A DNA stretch of 64,000 nucleotides from an uncultured Methanomicrobiales archaeon (GCA_963758915.1 CAVWXH010000003.1:192001-256000); one strand, 5' to 3'; positions 39,902-50,913 are shown, counted from the stretch's first letter. The notes: generated by a model not told the origin, from the letters alone. Program-made: numbers and translations.

Positions 39902-40618
39902 TCACTTCCTCGCGCGGCCGGTCTGCCTCGCCGCAACATGTCCGACCGTCCTTCCCGGGGATGTCCCACGGGCAACAGTCTTCGGACGACCAGGGTGCTG
40001 GTGACCGCCACCACCGAACGGGTGGTCGATGACGTTCATCGCTACACCCCTGACACGAGGCCAGTTCGATGCGGTGTTGGCCATCTTGTGGTATTTATTA
40101 CCCGCCTTCACGAACGGTTTTTCTCCACGGCCACCACCGGCGACAATCCCGACTGTCGCACGACACCGTGAATTGAACCATTTGGTCTTTCCGCTCGGCA
40201 TCTTCACGCCGACCTTGTCTTCAGTCTTATCTACAACAATCGCCTGCACACCACTTGCACGGACAAATTTTCCGCCGTCATTGGGTTTCGCCTCGATATT
40301 GCAGATATATGCTCCAGTCGGGATCCCTGACAGCGGGAGCGTGTTGCCGTTCCTGACTTCAATACCGTCACCCCATGCGACAATATCCCCGATACCGATA
40401 CCTTCTGTGACCAGCATATAGACTTTTTCCCCGCTGTCGAGTTTTACGAGGGCTATGGGGCAGTTCCGTGCCGGATCATGTTCGATGTCAAAGATCGTCC
40501 CGCTTGTGGTCACGTCCACGTTGCCCACATGCTTGAGGGCTGCCTTATACCGGTGTGAAGGTGCCCTGTATGTCGGACCGCCTTTTCCACGGGCCTGGGT
40601 AGTTATTCGATGTCCCAT
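39902..40618 (-). CDS. rpl2: 50S ribosomal protein L2
   Basis: VRGVAMN..DHPFGGG. Confidence 0.97.
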   Translation of the reverse strand: MGHRITTQARGKGGPTYRAPSHRYKAALKHVGNVDVTTSGTIFDIEHDPARNCPIALVKLDSGEKVYMLVTEGIGIGDIVAWGDGIEVRNGNTLPLSGIPTGAYICNIEAKPNDGGKFVRASGVQAIVVDKTEDKVGVKMPSGKTKWFNSRCRATVGIVAGGGRGEKPFVKAGNKYHKMANTASNWPRVRGVAMNVIDHPFGGGGHQHPGRPKTVARGTSPGRTVGHVAARQTGRARK

Positions 40619-40627
40619 TTTTCACAC

Positions 40628-40876
40628 CTACATTATTCCTAGCCTGCTGAGGATCTCCTCGGCAGCCTTCTCATTCGCAAAACTTACAATTGCCTTCTTC
40701 TGGCCATGCGTTGTCATTATTGTCCTGACGCTGGTCACTTCCTGTTCGAAGGACTTCTGGATCTCACGCTTGATCTGGTGCTTCGTAGCTTCGTTGGTGA
40801 CAAGGAACTGAAGTTTACTGTCCTTGTCGAGCATCATCATTGCCTTTTCTGTAACAAATGGATATTTCAGAACCAT
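40628..40876 (-). CDS. rpl23: 50S ribosomal protein L23
   Basis: P.VTEKA, KKAIV. Confidence 0.95.
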   Translation of the reverse strand: MVLKYPFVTEKAMMMLDKDSKLQFLVTNEATKHQIKREIQKSFEQEVTSVRTIMTTHGQKKAIVSFANEKAAEEILSRLGIM

Positions 40877-41623
40877 TTATCTCCCCTCCAGCATCTGAAG
40901 TGCTCCTTCAGTCCAGACCGTCAGACGACCGGCCTGTGAACCCGGTGCCAGGAGTTCGGTGTTGAGCTGGTCAACCGTGACGACATCGACACCTGCGAGG
41001 TTCTTCGCTGCACGAAGCGGCTGGTTTGCTGTTACAATAAGGAGACTCTTTCTCTGTTTGTAACGGCGCCCACGCATCTTACCACGGCCGGCACGTACCT
41101 TCTTGCTCGCCTTCGACCGTTCAATATCTGCATAGACCCCTGCGTTTGTAAGGGCAGTAATGACTTCAGTTACCTTTACGAGCTCCTCAAACCGGTCTTC
41201 CATGACCACGGGGACTTCCCCCTCAAACCTGTGTCCTCGACCCTTGACGAGATCCGGAAGGATGCTTGCGGCAACTGCAGAGCAGAAAGCCTTCTCCTTT
41301 TCCTTCTTGTTGATGAACTTTAACAGGATTTTCTGCACTTTCGGAGGATGTGCTTCACGGCCGCCTTTCGCCTGTGGGACTTTTGCCGCACGTGAACCGT
41401 TCCTGATACGGGGTACATGAGACATCCCCCTGCCACTTCCCCATCCTACTGCGGAAGACCGGATACCGGCATACGGGTGTGTCCCGTGGGGCTGCCTCCG
41501 GGTGCTCTGAAGTGCCATTACGGCCTTTCTGATCAGGTCCGGGCGATATTCTTCCCCGAAGACCCGGGGGAGTGTAATTTCCCGTGAAATCGCGCCATCG
41601 AGTGTTCTAACGTTTGCTTTCAT
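40877..41623 (-). CDS. rpl4: 50S ribosomal protein L4
   Basis: RPDLI, RAGRGKMRGRR, LAPG. Confidence 0.96.
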   Translation of the reverse strand: MKANVRTLDGAISREITLPRVFGEEYRPDLIRKAVMALQSTRRQPHGTHPYAGIRSSAVGWGSGRGMSHVPRIRNGSRAAKVPQAKGGREAHPPKVQKILLKFINKKEKEKAFCSAVAASILPDLVKGRGHRFEGEVPVVMEDRFEELVKVTEVITALTNAGVYADIERSKASKKVRAGRGKMRGRRYKQRKSLLIVTANQPLRAAKNLAGVDVVTVDQLNTELLAPGSQAGRLTVWTEGALQMLEGR

Positions 41624-41629
41624 CTCTCT

Positions 41630-42643
41630 CTACCCCTGTTTACTCTGGACGCTCATGAACTCGATAACCGGCAGACGTATGTGGTGTTCGCCCTGCCTGA
41701 TTGCCGGCCTGATCCGTATAAGTCTCTTTACCGGGCCGGGAATAGACCCTTTAATCAGAACATACGGGCTTCTCAGAAGTCCGTAATGAAGGAAACCACC
41801 TGCAGGAGTAACATCAGCGGCGTTATCCCCCATTTTCAGGACACGCTTGTTGAACTCGGTACGCTGCTGGTAACCCAACTGGCCCATCTGCGGGACCTGC
41901 CAGCGGATGTGGTGCGGGGTCCACGGGCCAAGAGTACCAACGTGCCGCTTTTTTCCGCCCCGGGAGTGCTTTCTCTTCCTTAACGCGGTACCCCACCTCT
42001 TTACGGCGCCCTGGGTACCTTTCCCCGTGGTGATCGCGGTTATATCGGCATATGCGCCGGGCTGTATGACCTTGTCAAGCGATACTTCCTTTCCAAGGAG
42101 ACCTGTTGCAAACTCATACTGCTGTTCAACAGTCCCGCCTGCCACTTTTGTTTCCATGAGGTCTGGGACCTTCTTCGGAACACCGGTAAGCCCGGCAGGT
42201 ACTGTGTACATCAATGCAAAGATCTCTGTCACCTGTCCGGCTGCAAGGGCGTCAGCAATACATTTTTTTGCCGCTTCGCCGGTGTATTCCTTTGGCAGGT
42301 TGATCCTGCGGCCGAGGTTGCTGTCAAGCTCTTCGGCCCATACTTCACAAAGTGGATGTTTTCCATAGGTATCACGGACATAGGCACGAACCGCGGCAAC
42401 CCTCATGGAAGGAACTTCAATAATGGTAACGGGTACCATTATGTCCTTACCTTCTGTCGGGCTGTTCTTGTGATCGTCCACCATGATAACATGCGTCATT
42501 CCCACTTTGTAACCTGCAAAACTCTGCAGCAGGGGTGCCCCATTATATTGCGGCCATGACTGGTATTTTGGAATCGGGCTCTTTGCACGCTTTCGGGGGC
42601 TGTATGCAAGAGAACCTCTGCGCGGCCTGTTTATTTTTGGCAT
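41630..42643 (-). CDS. rpl3: 50S ribosomal protein L3
   Basis: [19 protein letters not shown]. Confidence 0.97.
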   Translation of the reverse strand: MPKINRPRRGSLAYSPRKRAKSPIPKYQSWPQYNGAPLLQSFAGYKVGMTHVIMVDDHKNSPTEGKDIMVPVTIIEVPSMRVAAVRAYVRDTYGKHPLCEVWAEELDSNLGRRINLPKEYTGEAAKKCIADALAAGQVTEIFALMYTVPAGLTGVPKKVPDLMETKVAGGTVEQQYEFATGLLGKEVSLDKVIQPGAYADITAITTGKGTQGAVKRWGTALRKRKHSRGGKKRHVGTLGPWTPHHIRWQVPQMGQLGYQQRTEFNKRVLKMGDNAADVTPAGGFLHYGLLRSPYVLIKGSIPGPVKRLIRIRPAIRQGEHHIRLPVIEFMSVQSKQG

Positions 42644-43254
42644 GTTTCAATCAATCCTTCGTTCGCATTTCGTGACCATAACCGGGTTTTCCCGGTACGA
42701 TCGTTTTCGGAACTCCCTGGTGACAGGTGTCCGTTCTGGACTTTCCGGGGATTTCCACCGGATCCGAGACTGATGTGATGCTCCACGCTCAGTACCTGAT
42801 ATAACCCGCGATCGTTCGTATTTCAGACCTCGTCCCTTCCGTATCTCCCCGTTTTCCGGGAAAAACACAAGGGATGTGTCTTTTTATTGGCCCTCCAATG
42901 GACCAGGCTGGTATTACCAGACTACCTGTCTCGCGAATAGATCCTGATATTCATGCGTCCCCTGAAAGGAGTAACAGTCTTTTCAGGGCGGGCCGTTTTG
43001 GTACTCGTCCACCCTTGACGCACTCATCAGATCCAGCTATGTCAGCCCGTTGTGAATTGTTCCACAACTCCTTCTCGGTAACTCCCATGGAGGAGTTACT
43101 CACCTATGAGAAATCATATGGCCGCAGCAAGGTACCGCCTTCACCATCAAACGCAATCTGCATTGTATGCACATAATTGCCTTTTTATGGATGGCCATGT
43201 ACCCTACCCGTCGTCAAATCCTCATATAGGCTTCCATAACAATTGGAGGGAAGC

Positions 43255-43267
43255 AAATATATATTTA
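43255..43267 (-). promoter_or_regulatory. Probable TATA box of the ribosomal protein operon
   Basis: TAAATATATATTT on minus strand, just after the T-run ending tfx. Confidence 0.5.
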
Positions 43268-43337
43268 TTGTAAACACGGGCATTCAAAAAAAAAGAAAAC
43301 AGATTTCTGGTAACGGGGTTTGCGGAAAATATTACAC

Positions 43338-43742
43338 TTATCCGAAATATAATTCGCCTTCCTCGTTAATATACACTTCAATATTCTCACGCACCTGCCT
43401 TGCCTTGAACCGTTCGGGAGTGGACTCCCGGATTTTGTTAATCAGGGAGATTGTGTCATATTTCACTTTTATACCAAGCTTTTCCGCTTCTTTATAAACA
43501 AAAGGGGAGACTTCAAGCAGGTCAGTGCCTGCATGTATCGTGCAGAGGTGAGTGGCATCAAGGGTATACAGGAAATCAAGGGTATCTTTTGCCCGCCTGA
43601 TATTCTCCATTGCAGATTTTTCGATTGTGCAGACATTCGCCTTGGATGTATCGATAATATCTGCGATCTGCTGCTGGGTCAGGCCCTGTTTCCTGTACCT
43701 GAGCACCTCTTTCTGGCGATCCGTAAGCAACCCCTCTTTCAT
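43338..43742 (-). CDS. tfx: Tfx family DNA-binding protein
   Basis: LTDRQKEVLRYRKQGLTQQQIA..TSKANV..IEKSA.ENI..A..TL. Confidence 0.88.
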   Translation of the reverse strand: MKEGLLTDRQKEVLRYRKQGLTQQQIADIIDTSKANVCTIEKSAMENIRRAKDTLDFLYTLDATHLCTIHAGTDLLEVSPFVYKEAEKLGIKVKYDTISLINKIRESTPERFKARQVRENIEVYINEEGELYFG

Positions 43743-43923
43743 ACCAGATCTCTTTAACTACAAATAATTAAACGCTTTCGGTTAACTGGTAAACTATCTT
43801 TGATAGGGCGCATAGATAAATTTTCAGATTCGGAGTGAAAACACCTTTAGGTCGAGGCAGATTTCAAAATGTTTATATTTATCAGGTCATATAAACGTGA
43901 TATAAAATTTTTGAGGTGTAAAC

Positions 43924-44763
43924 ATGGTAGTTAAAGTAGGAGTTGCGAAATTAGGCAACATTGCAAGCGGCGTAATGGCCGAACTTCTTCTCGACGAACG
44001 AGCAGACCGTGAGGACATGCAGACATTTATGGCAACGAGCGGAACCAAGCTCCAGCCGGAAGATATCGAACGTGTAGTTTCCAATATGAAGGCATGGAAA
44101 CCTGACTTTTGTATCGTGGTTTCCCCGAATGGTGTCCTTCCAGGCCCGACCGGTGCCCGTGAGCAGCTCGCTGCGGCAGGTATCCCGGTTGTCGTTATCA
44201 CTGATGATGTAACAACCAAGAAAGAATGGGCAGAGCTCAAGGAGAGCAAGTTCGGTTACATCATCATGAAGGCAGATGCCATGATTGGTGCACGCAGGGA
44301 GTTCCTCGACCCGGTCGAGATGGCAGACTACAATGGCAACCTTGTGAAAGTCCTCTCGGTCACCGGTGCGTTCCGCAAGATGCAGCTCGCACTTGATGAA
44401 GTAATCAACCAGGTCAAGGCCGGCAAGAAGGGCGCAGAACTCGTCCTGCCAAAGGTCGTCATGACCTCCGACAAGGCAGTTGCGGGAGAATTCTCAAATC
44501 CCTACGCACTCGCAAAGGCACGTGCGGCATACGAGATTGCCTCCGCTGTTGCAATGGTCAACGTAAAAGGCTGCTTTATGACGAAGGAATGGGAACAGTA
44601 CGTCCCGATTGTTGCAAGCGCCCACGAGATGATGAGGGCCGCCACAATCCTCTGTGACGAGGCCCGTGAACTTGACAAGGCAGTCGATGGTGTAATCCGC
44701 AAGCCACACAAGAAAGACGGTGTGCTTGTCGCTAAGACCAAGCTGGTCACAAAACCAGAGTAA
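43924..44763 (+). CDS. mtd: F420-dependent methylene-H4MPT dehydrogenase
   Basis: [27 protein letters not shown]. Confidence 0.97.
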   Translation: MVVKVGVAKLGNIASGVMAELLLDERADREDMQTFMATSGTKLQPEDIERVVSNMKAWKPDFCIVVSPNGVLPGPTGAREQLAAAGIPVVVITDDVTTKKEWAELKESKFGYIIMKADAMIGARREFLDPVEMADYNGNLVKVLSVTGAFRKMQLALDEVINQVKAGKKGAELVLPKVVMTSDKAVAGEFSNPYALAKARAAYEIASAVAMVNVKGCFMTKEWEQYVPIVASAHEMMRAATILCDEARELDKAVDGVIRKPHKKDGVLVAKTKLVTKPE

Positions 44764-44767
44764 AACC

Positions 44768-44786
44768 TTTTTTTACTCTTTTTTTT
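44768..44786 (+). terminator. Oligo-T terminator after mtd
   Basis: Two T-runs after stop. Confidence 0.65.
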
Positions 44787-44939
44787 ACTGTTCCTGAATC
44801 AGTTGATTTGGGTTTTCTGACAAGCAATCCCGCGGGGCAGTTACGCAACCCCCATCCTCTGCTTCCTTCTGCATAGACAACGACAAGGCTGGAGAAGGTG
44901 TGGGATATATCCCGGTTGAGATTAGGTTAGTATGGCCTA

Positions 44940-45194
44940 TAGAAATCCTCTCAAATCTGTCTTGCAGATTGGTAATTCCAAAATTTCCTCACGCTCGGGG
45001 CTCATGGCCCGCCGCCTGGCGACCCCGGGTGGGATAGGGATTAATCTCCAAATCTAGGAAATTTTGAGGGATACTACCGTTGAACCCTGCCCGAAAGGTT
45101 ATCTCACCGGGGGTCGGACAGGGAGGGGTTATACCCCCACCTGCCTTACGTATTCCCTGTTCTTTTTTCTAAACACACAGGGATTTAACAAAGC
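44940..45194 (-). repeat. Dispersed structured repeat, copy 3
   Basis: Reverse-complement match to 52307-52560 including all hairpins and degenerate end GGGATTTAACAAAGC. Confidence 0.8.
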
Positions 45195-45214
45195 AGGAAT
45201 CCCCGGAAACGACT

Positions 45215-46141
45215 CTATTGGTTTTTCCTGTACCATGCTCCAAGGTCTTCGGGGAGCGTAAGGATAACAGGTTCCAGGTGGAGCCTTTCCATGAATGCGG
45301 AATCCGCCAGTGACCGGGCATTAGGGTTAATCCTTGAAATTATCGAGCAGAATGCCCTGTATCCACGATCCGGACCGCACTTGTCAAAGAACAGCGAAAG
45401 ATTGAACGCATGGGTACCAAGGTCCCGGTAGAGGCCGATGACAGAAAGGATCCCCTCAATAAGGGTATCAAGATAGTTTTCGGAGTCTTCCAGGGTTGCC
45501 ACCGGCAGGACCCCCCTGACTTCGCGTTCTCCAAGGGGCACAGCATGTGCAGTCCAGCAAATTTCATCCCCGAAAAGGTACCGTTCGGACCCTTCTTCGT
45601 GCTCCCTCCATGCGTCCCAGTAACACCTGCCATGGCGCTCCAGGTAACGCTCACCATTATTCATATACATCCCGGCAACTACCGGCGCTTGTTCATCCGC
45701 AAGCCCCTGGAGGTGGGGGTGTGCAAGACTGGCACCCGCTGACGGCAGATAATTCCAGTTAATACTCGGGTAGCCCCCGGCCTTGGACAACGAACATACC
45801 TGGGCCATAAAGGCATCATACAGCTGTTTTTTATTAAAAAACTCCACAAAGTGCTCAGATGTAATTACAGTAACCGTGTGATAAGAGGCAAAAGGGTACA
45901 GGTTAGGAAACGTTATACTCTCCCCAAGGCAGATCCGTCCACCACCGGGAAATTCAGGGGTCACTGAAAATACCTGGTCCGGACAAAATGGACAGCCATC
46001 CGAGTCAGGAGAATAAGAATAGGGCACATCTAATCCCCGCTTGGTCCGGTCCGGGCTGATCCTGCACCGAAGTCCGGTCAGCTTCTCCATGCGGTACTGG
46101 AGGACCGAATTTTCCAGTTGCAACTCCCGTATCGTAAACAT
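45215..46141 (-). CDS. GalT-like (HIT superfamily) nucleotidyltransferase
   Basis: CPFCP, PNLYPF, NYLPSAGASLAHPHLQ. Confidence 0.85.
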   Translation of the reverse strand: MFTIRELQLENSVLQYRMEKLTGLRCRISPDRTKRGLDVPYSYSPDSDGCPFCPDQVFSVTPEFPGGGRICLGESITFPNLYPFASYHTVTVITSEHFVEFFNKKQLYDAFMAQVCSLSKAGGYPSINWNYLPSAGASLAHPHLQGLADEQAPVVAGMYMNNGERYLERHGRCYWDAWREHEEGSERYLFGDEICWTAHAVPLGEREVRGVLPVATLEDSENYLDTLIEGILSVIGLYRDLGTHAFNLSLFFDKCGPDRGYRAFCSIISRINPNARSLADSAFMERLHLEPVILTLPEDLGAWYRKNQ

Positions 46142-46229
46142 GGCTGATATACTGCCTATTAGGATAATCGGAAATTTAATAGTCTCGATCTGAAATTTCT
46201 AAAAAAAAGTGGATTGTTTTTTGAAGCCC

Positions 46230-47216
46230 TTATACAACGTACTTGCCAAGGAGCCGGATAGATGTGGTCATGTCCGGACCGAGTGGTGAGCCGAAGATAA
46301 TCTGGGTAACACCGGATTGGGTCAGTGCTTCACACTTTGCCTTTACCATTTCAGGTGTTCCGGCAATTGTGAATGCATCGATCTCTTTGTCGCCAACGAG
46401 TTCTCCGACAGTTTTGAAGTCGAACTTGCCCAGCGCATCCTTGATCTTTGCAACATTGTTCAGGTCAAGACCATGACGGGTGAGGAGTTCTGGTGGTGAA
46501 CCGGCCGCAATGAATGCTGCAACTATTTTTGCTGCATTACGGGCTTTCTTCTCGTTCATGTCGATAGACATGGCGGTGTAGGCACCGATATCGAATCCTT
46601 TCTTGCCGACCTTGTCACAGGCTGCCTTGATGATCGGGATTGCAATAGCAAAGTCCTTCGGGTTTGATGCATTGATTAATGCGCCGTCTCCGATGGTCCC
46701 TGCGAGTTCGAGCACCTTCGGGCCCTGTGCACCGATGTAGACGGGTATGCCTTTCTTTCCTGGCAGGTTCACACCTGTGAGCTTGGCACCGTCGTAGTCA
46801 AAGAATTCCATGCCGGACTTCTTGATTTCCTCTCCGCCCCAGAGTTTGCGCATCTGGATTACTGCTTCTTTCAGCCGCGCAACTGGTTTATCTGGCTTTA
46901 TTGCAAGCTTTGGAAGGGTTGAGAGGTCTCCGGGTCCAATACCCATTACAGCACGCCCGTCCGAAATCTCGTTTAATGTGCAGGCAAAGGATGCCATTGC
47001 TGCCGGAGTGTCGGTGAACGCATTCATGATACCCGGTCCCATCTTCAGGGTGGTTGTTGCCTGTGCAATTGCGGCAAGCGTGGGGTAGCAGTGGCGGTTG
47101 TTGTAGTGGTTGGTGATCCATGCAAAGTCAATATCTTTTGACTCTGCGAGTTTGCAGAAATTAACTACCTGCTTGACATTAACATTTCCTGGTACAAATT
47201 CTATTCCATAAGTCAA
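46230..47216 (-). CDS. mer: 5,10-methylene-H4MPT reductase
   Basis: YGIEFVP, WITNHYNNR, GAQGP, GSPLGP. Confidence 0.97.
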   Translation of the reverse strand: MTYGIEFVPGNVNVKQVVNFCKLAESKDIDFAWITNHYNNRHCYPTLAAIAQATTTLKMGPGIMNAFTDTPAAMASFACTLNEISDGRAVMGIGPGDLSTLPKLAIKPDKPVARLKEAVIQMRKLWGGEEIKKSGMEFFDYDGAKLTGVNLPGKKGIPVYIGAQGPKVLELAGTIGDGALINASNPKDFAIAIPIIKAACDKVGKKGFDIGAYTAMSIDMNEKKARNAAKIVAAFIAAGSPPELLTRHGLDLNNVAKIKDALGKFDFKTVGELVGDKEIDAFTIAGTPEMVKAKCEALTQSGVTQIIFGSPLGPDMTTSIRLLGKYVV

Positions 47217-47703
47217 GGCTAATTCACCTCACTGTGTACCTATCGCCCGTGCGTTTAAATAAATTATTATTTTCCTTTCTTCCCAACGTGCAATTTTTAA
47301 CAGCCCACTGGTTTCCGGGGAGTTTCCATTCGCACCGGGAGCATGGATTATGTAAAAATATGCTGAACGCAGAGAGATAACCAGTATCCGGATATAAGGA
47401 GGGATAATCGCCTCCTGGAGAGACTAAAAAAGAGCAGCAGGAAAAAAGACAGGGGAAAACCGGAGAATATGACAGGGGAATCATTGACCTATCACAAACA
47501 CTTTAAGAGATTAGTTAAAAATCTTGGGTAAGAATAGTTTTCACGGGAAGTAAGAGCCCGGATTTTCTTTGTACTGATATTCAGGATTGCCAGCAGTTGC
47601 CCAGGTCAGGGAAGTGGCCCCGGCCAACACAAGGGGGTAATTGACATCCGGGCACCACCCGGACCTGCGTGCAGGGGAAATTATTCAGAAGGAACAGGTC
47701 AGT

Positions 47704-49401
47704 ATGCGGATATTTGCGATCGGACTTGGAGGTGCAGGATGCCGGATAGCAGATATGCTCTATGGCCAGGACCACCAGTTCAGTAAGGTCTCATGCGTGG
47801 AGGCCATTGCAATTGATCGCGATGCCGGTACACTCAATCACCTTGCCCACATCCCCGTAGGGAAGAGAATATATTTCCCCTCTGTATCACTCCAGACGGA
47901 GGATATTACGGATGATATAACGATTGATGAAATCATTAACCTGCTCCACAATCTCGATACCGGTGACAAAGACGCGATTATTCTCTGTACCGGTGCAGGG
48001 GGTACCATGGCAGGCGTGGGAGTTGCCATCCTGGAAAAGGTCAGGTCGGTGGTAGTCGAGCCGGTTTTCGCACTTGTTACCCTGCCTGCTCTCGGGGAGG
48101 GGAGAAGGACTTCTGCAAAGGCTGCGCAGGATATTGACCGGCTTCTCCCGCTGGTCGAAGGGATCATCATATTCGATAATGAAAAACTGCCAGGCCCTGC
48201 AGAGGCAGATGGGAATGAGAGCCGGAAGAATGCCTCCCGGAAACTAATCCCGCCTGCCAAAGCCCGATCCACTGATGACAGGCAGGTGAAATATAAAGCC
48301 CAGAATACCGGCATCGCAAGGCGCCTGGGGTTATTGCTCAGGGCGGGTGAGATCAGCGAAGGGGGGGCTATTGAAACCGGAGAAGTGGTCCTTGACGCCG
48401 GGGAAATCCTCAATACAATCAGGGGGATGGGATTTATTGCCATTGGATATGCCGCAGCTGACACCGGCGGGGGAAAATTCCATATCGGTAGTCTGTTCCA
48501 CCCTTCGGGAACACAGGTTGAATCCGGACATAAAAAGGCTGAAAGGCTGGTTGACCTCGCAAAAGAGGCAATATATGAGAATATTTCTGTACCGTGCGAT
48601 TTAACAAGCGCAGAAAAAGCCCTCATTCTTGTTGCCGGGCCCACACAGGCAATAAGCATGAAAGGTTTTATGACCGTCAGAAAATGGATTGACCGCAGTA
48701 TTGCAGGCATGGAGATGCGTTCAGGGGATTACCCGGTAAAAAATACCCGTTATATTGCCATTATCATCATCCTTGCAGGCCTTTCCAATATTCCAAGAAT
48801 TAACGAAATCCGGGGGATCAGGGATGATTACACGGTCGAAAACCCCGGGTGGGAGCGGGAGTGGCACAAGCAGGCGTACCGGGTGCCGGACCACGGTACC
48901 GTGGTGCGGAAAGCAACCGGTCTCCAAGGCACCCTCGCTGGTACGATCAGCGCCGGGCAGGAGAACATCCAGGCATTCATTCGTACCCGGATCCCCGAAC
49001 ACGGGCAACAGAAATCTTCCGCAAAACCTGAACATGGCAGGGGGGCGGTAAGAAGCATCCCGTTTTTTGGCAGGCACAAGGCCCCGGCGACCAGGGAAAC
49101 GGGGGTTCCTGGCACCCCTGCGCTGCCAGGCAGAGATGATAAGACGCCCCCTGTGCATGAGATCGGAACGCCACTTCCCGATAATACGGGACATAGAACA
49201 GTCATTCCTGAAATTTCGCACGATACACCAGGTACCGCGACAAGTGATAGCAACCCCGGTGGCGAGAAAAAGAACCAGGAGCCCCCCTTAAACGCCAGAA
49301 ACGGACCTGTGCCACCATTAGATGAAGAGACGAATAAAGACCTCGCCTCAGTCGTCGCCCGGGCCCGCGAAGATCTGAAAAAGATGGATGAAAAACACTA
49401 A
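47704..49401 (+). CDS. CetZ-like tubulin/FtsZ family protein with long low-complexity tail
   Basis: IGLGGAGCRI, degenerate GAGGTM loop, FDNE, EVVLDAGEI.NT, RSGDYP. Confidence 0.85.
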   Translation: MRIFAIGLGGAGCRIADMLYGQDHQFSKVSCVEAIAIDRDAGTLNHLAHIPVGKRIYFPSVSLQTEDITDDITIDEIINLLHNLDTGDKDAIILCTGAGGTMAGVGVAILEKVRSVVVEPVFALVTLPALGEGRRTSAKAAQDIDRLLPLVEGIIIFDNEKLPGPAEADGNESRKNASRKLIPPAKARSTDDRQVKYKAQNTGIARRLGLLLRAGEISEGGAIETGEVVLDAGEILNTIRGMGFIAIGYAAADTGGGKFHIGSLFHPSGTQVESGHKKAERLVDLAKEAIYENISVPCDLTSAEKALILVAGPTQAISMKGFMTVRKWIDRSIAGMEMRSGDYPVKNTRYIAIIIILAGLSNIPRINEIRGIRDDYTVENPGWEREWHKQAYRVPDHGTVVRKATGLQGTLAGTISAGQENIQAFIRTRIPEHGQQKSSAKPEHGRGAVRSIPFFGRHKAPATRETGVPGTPALPGRDDKTPPVHEIGTPLPDNTGHRTVIPEISHDTPGTATSDSNPGGEKKNQEPPLNARNGPVPPLDEETNKDLASVVARAREDLKKMDEKH

Positions 49402-49504
49402 AACCGGTTTGTGGAAAAATACACAATCACGGTGTGTTCACACCCGGACTACGAAGAAGTCCCTTCTAAATCTCCTTATATCCGGGTTTATTCAAGTAAT
49501 TTCA

Positions 49505-49809
49505 TAGGAAATGCTCTCAAATTTATCTTGTAGATTCTGGAATTCCGGCTCTGTTGACATGCTCGCAAATCTCTTTTTGGGATTAAGGGTGTTCCCGGAT
49601 TTACCCGCGCTCCCGGGGCTTATGGCCCGCCGCTTTGGCGACCACGGTTGGGATACGGGATGACTAAATCACTGAAATTTTCTGAAATACGATACTTGAA
49701 CCCTGCCCGAAGGAGATATTACCGGGGATGGGCCTGAGGGGGTGAAATCCCAACCAGTCTTCGTATTTTCCTCTTACTTTTTATGACACCGAAGGGTTTC
49801 AACAAAGCC
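49505..49809 (-). repeat. Dispersed structured repeat, copy 4
   Basis: Ends in GGGTTTCAACAAAGCC; TTTTTATGACACCGAAGGGTTTCAACAA is the exact reverse complement of the copy 5 start region. Confidence 0.85.
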
Positions 49810-49962
49810 CTGTTCTTTATTACCAATTAGGGTTTCAATAAAAACGCCAATGACCAAAAAACGAGTTACTGACACTTTTTTTGGAGAGGAAATTCAGAAG
49901 ACTTCAAAAACCCAGAGCAGAGCGATGAAAAAAAATATCATGGGACCATCCGGTAACCACCG

Positions 49963-50913
49963 TTAATCCATGTCAACAATTTTCGAAAACCTGATATTGC
50001 CGGCACCGATTTCCGTGGTGATGCGGACACCCTGTTCTGTTGCATTCGCAACAAAATTCATCCCGCTGAAGGATGCAATTGAGATCCGGTGCGGGTTCGG
50101 CTGGAGGTTCAGGACTTTGTTACCCATCTGTACCGGGAATACGAACCCGCATTTCCGCATCAGAATGATCAGTTCTTTTACCCGGTCTTCCGCTGTGCAG
50201 GGGACTTCCCGGACATTGGCAAGCCCTATTCCCGCCTTTGTTCGGACCAGGGTCCGAATCGACGTCAGACCGGCAGAAACAAATAACTGGAGGGGATCGA
50301 TCGTAGTCCCGCGGTAACCGATTAGGTCAAGGAAAGCGGTCGGAGTCCCGTTTTCGATGGCCAACCTGCCACCATAGGCCATTTTTACCGGGATGCCGTT
50401 TCTCTGGAATACACCATCCATGCTGATACTGCAAATCGTCATAATACCAATGCAGTCAGATGGGACCCTCGGGTCGTGATCAATGATCCGGTAGGAACTA
50501 AAAAACCCACATTCTGCCTTTATTACTTCGTCGAAGACCGAAACCACCAGTTCTTCCTGGTCTTTCGGTACGATTGAAAGGTTATAGCCAACATCCCCGG
50601 TCGCAGTTTCGGGATCGAAGGTGGTCCTGAACGCAAGCCGTTCGAGTTTTGAGATGATGAAACCAATGCGGTCCCCTACAAGGGCATTATTGGTCTCTGC
50701 AATCCCGGCCTCGGTGAGAATACGTCCCAGGTTGCCCACTTTCTCGGTATAACCCATCTCGTCCAGGTACTGAAGATAATACTGGACAGCACGGTCAGTA
50801 AGGATGAACCCGCGTTCAGCCATGATCTCGCTGAGACGCTTTGCACCAACGGGCTCACTGTGATCTTTCAGGATCCGGAGGATCTCGATATATTTACGTT
50901 CTGTACGTATCAT
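49963..50913 (-). CDS. nrpR: NrpR family regulator (wHTH plus one NRD/DUF128 domain)
   Basis: EILRIL..PVGAK.L, RAVQYYL, TICSI..DG, Y.GTTIDP. Confidence 0.85.
   Translation of the reverse strand: MIRTERKYIEILRILKDHSEPVGAKRLSEIMAERGFILTDRAVQYYLQYLDEMGYTEKVGNLGRILTEAGIAETNNALVGDRIGFIISKLERLAFRTTFDPETATGDVGYNLSIVPKDQEELVVSVFDEVIKAECGFFSSYRIIDHDPRVPSDCIGIMTICSISMDGVFQRNGIPVKMAYGGRLAIENGTPTAFLDLIGYRGTTIDPLQLFVSAGLTSIRTLVRTKAGIGLANVREVPCTAEDRVKELIILMRKCGFVFPVQMGNKVLNLQPNPHRISIASFSGMNFVANATEQGVRITTEIGAGNIRFSKIVDMD

Noticed and set aside
43000-43035. Hammerhead-like CUGAUGAG plus stem in the rpl3 leader (minus strand)
   Set aside because: The required GAAA after stem II is absent (CAAAA) and no stems I/III were found.
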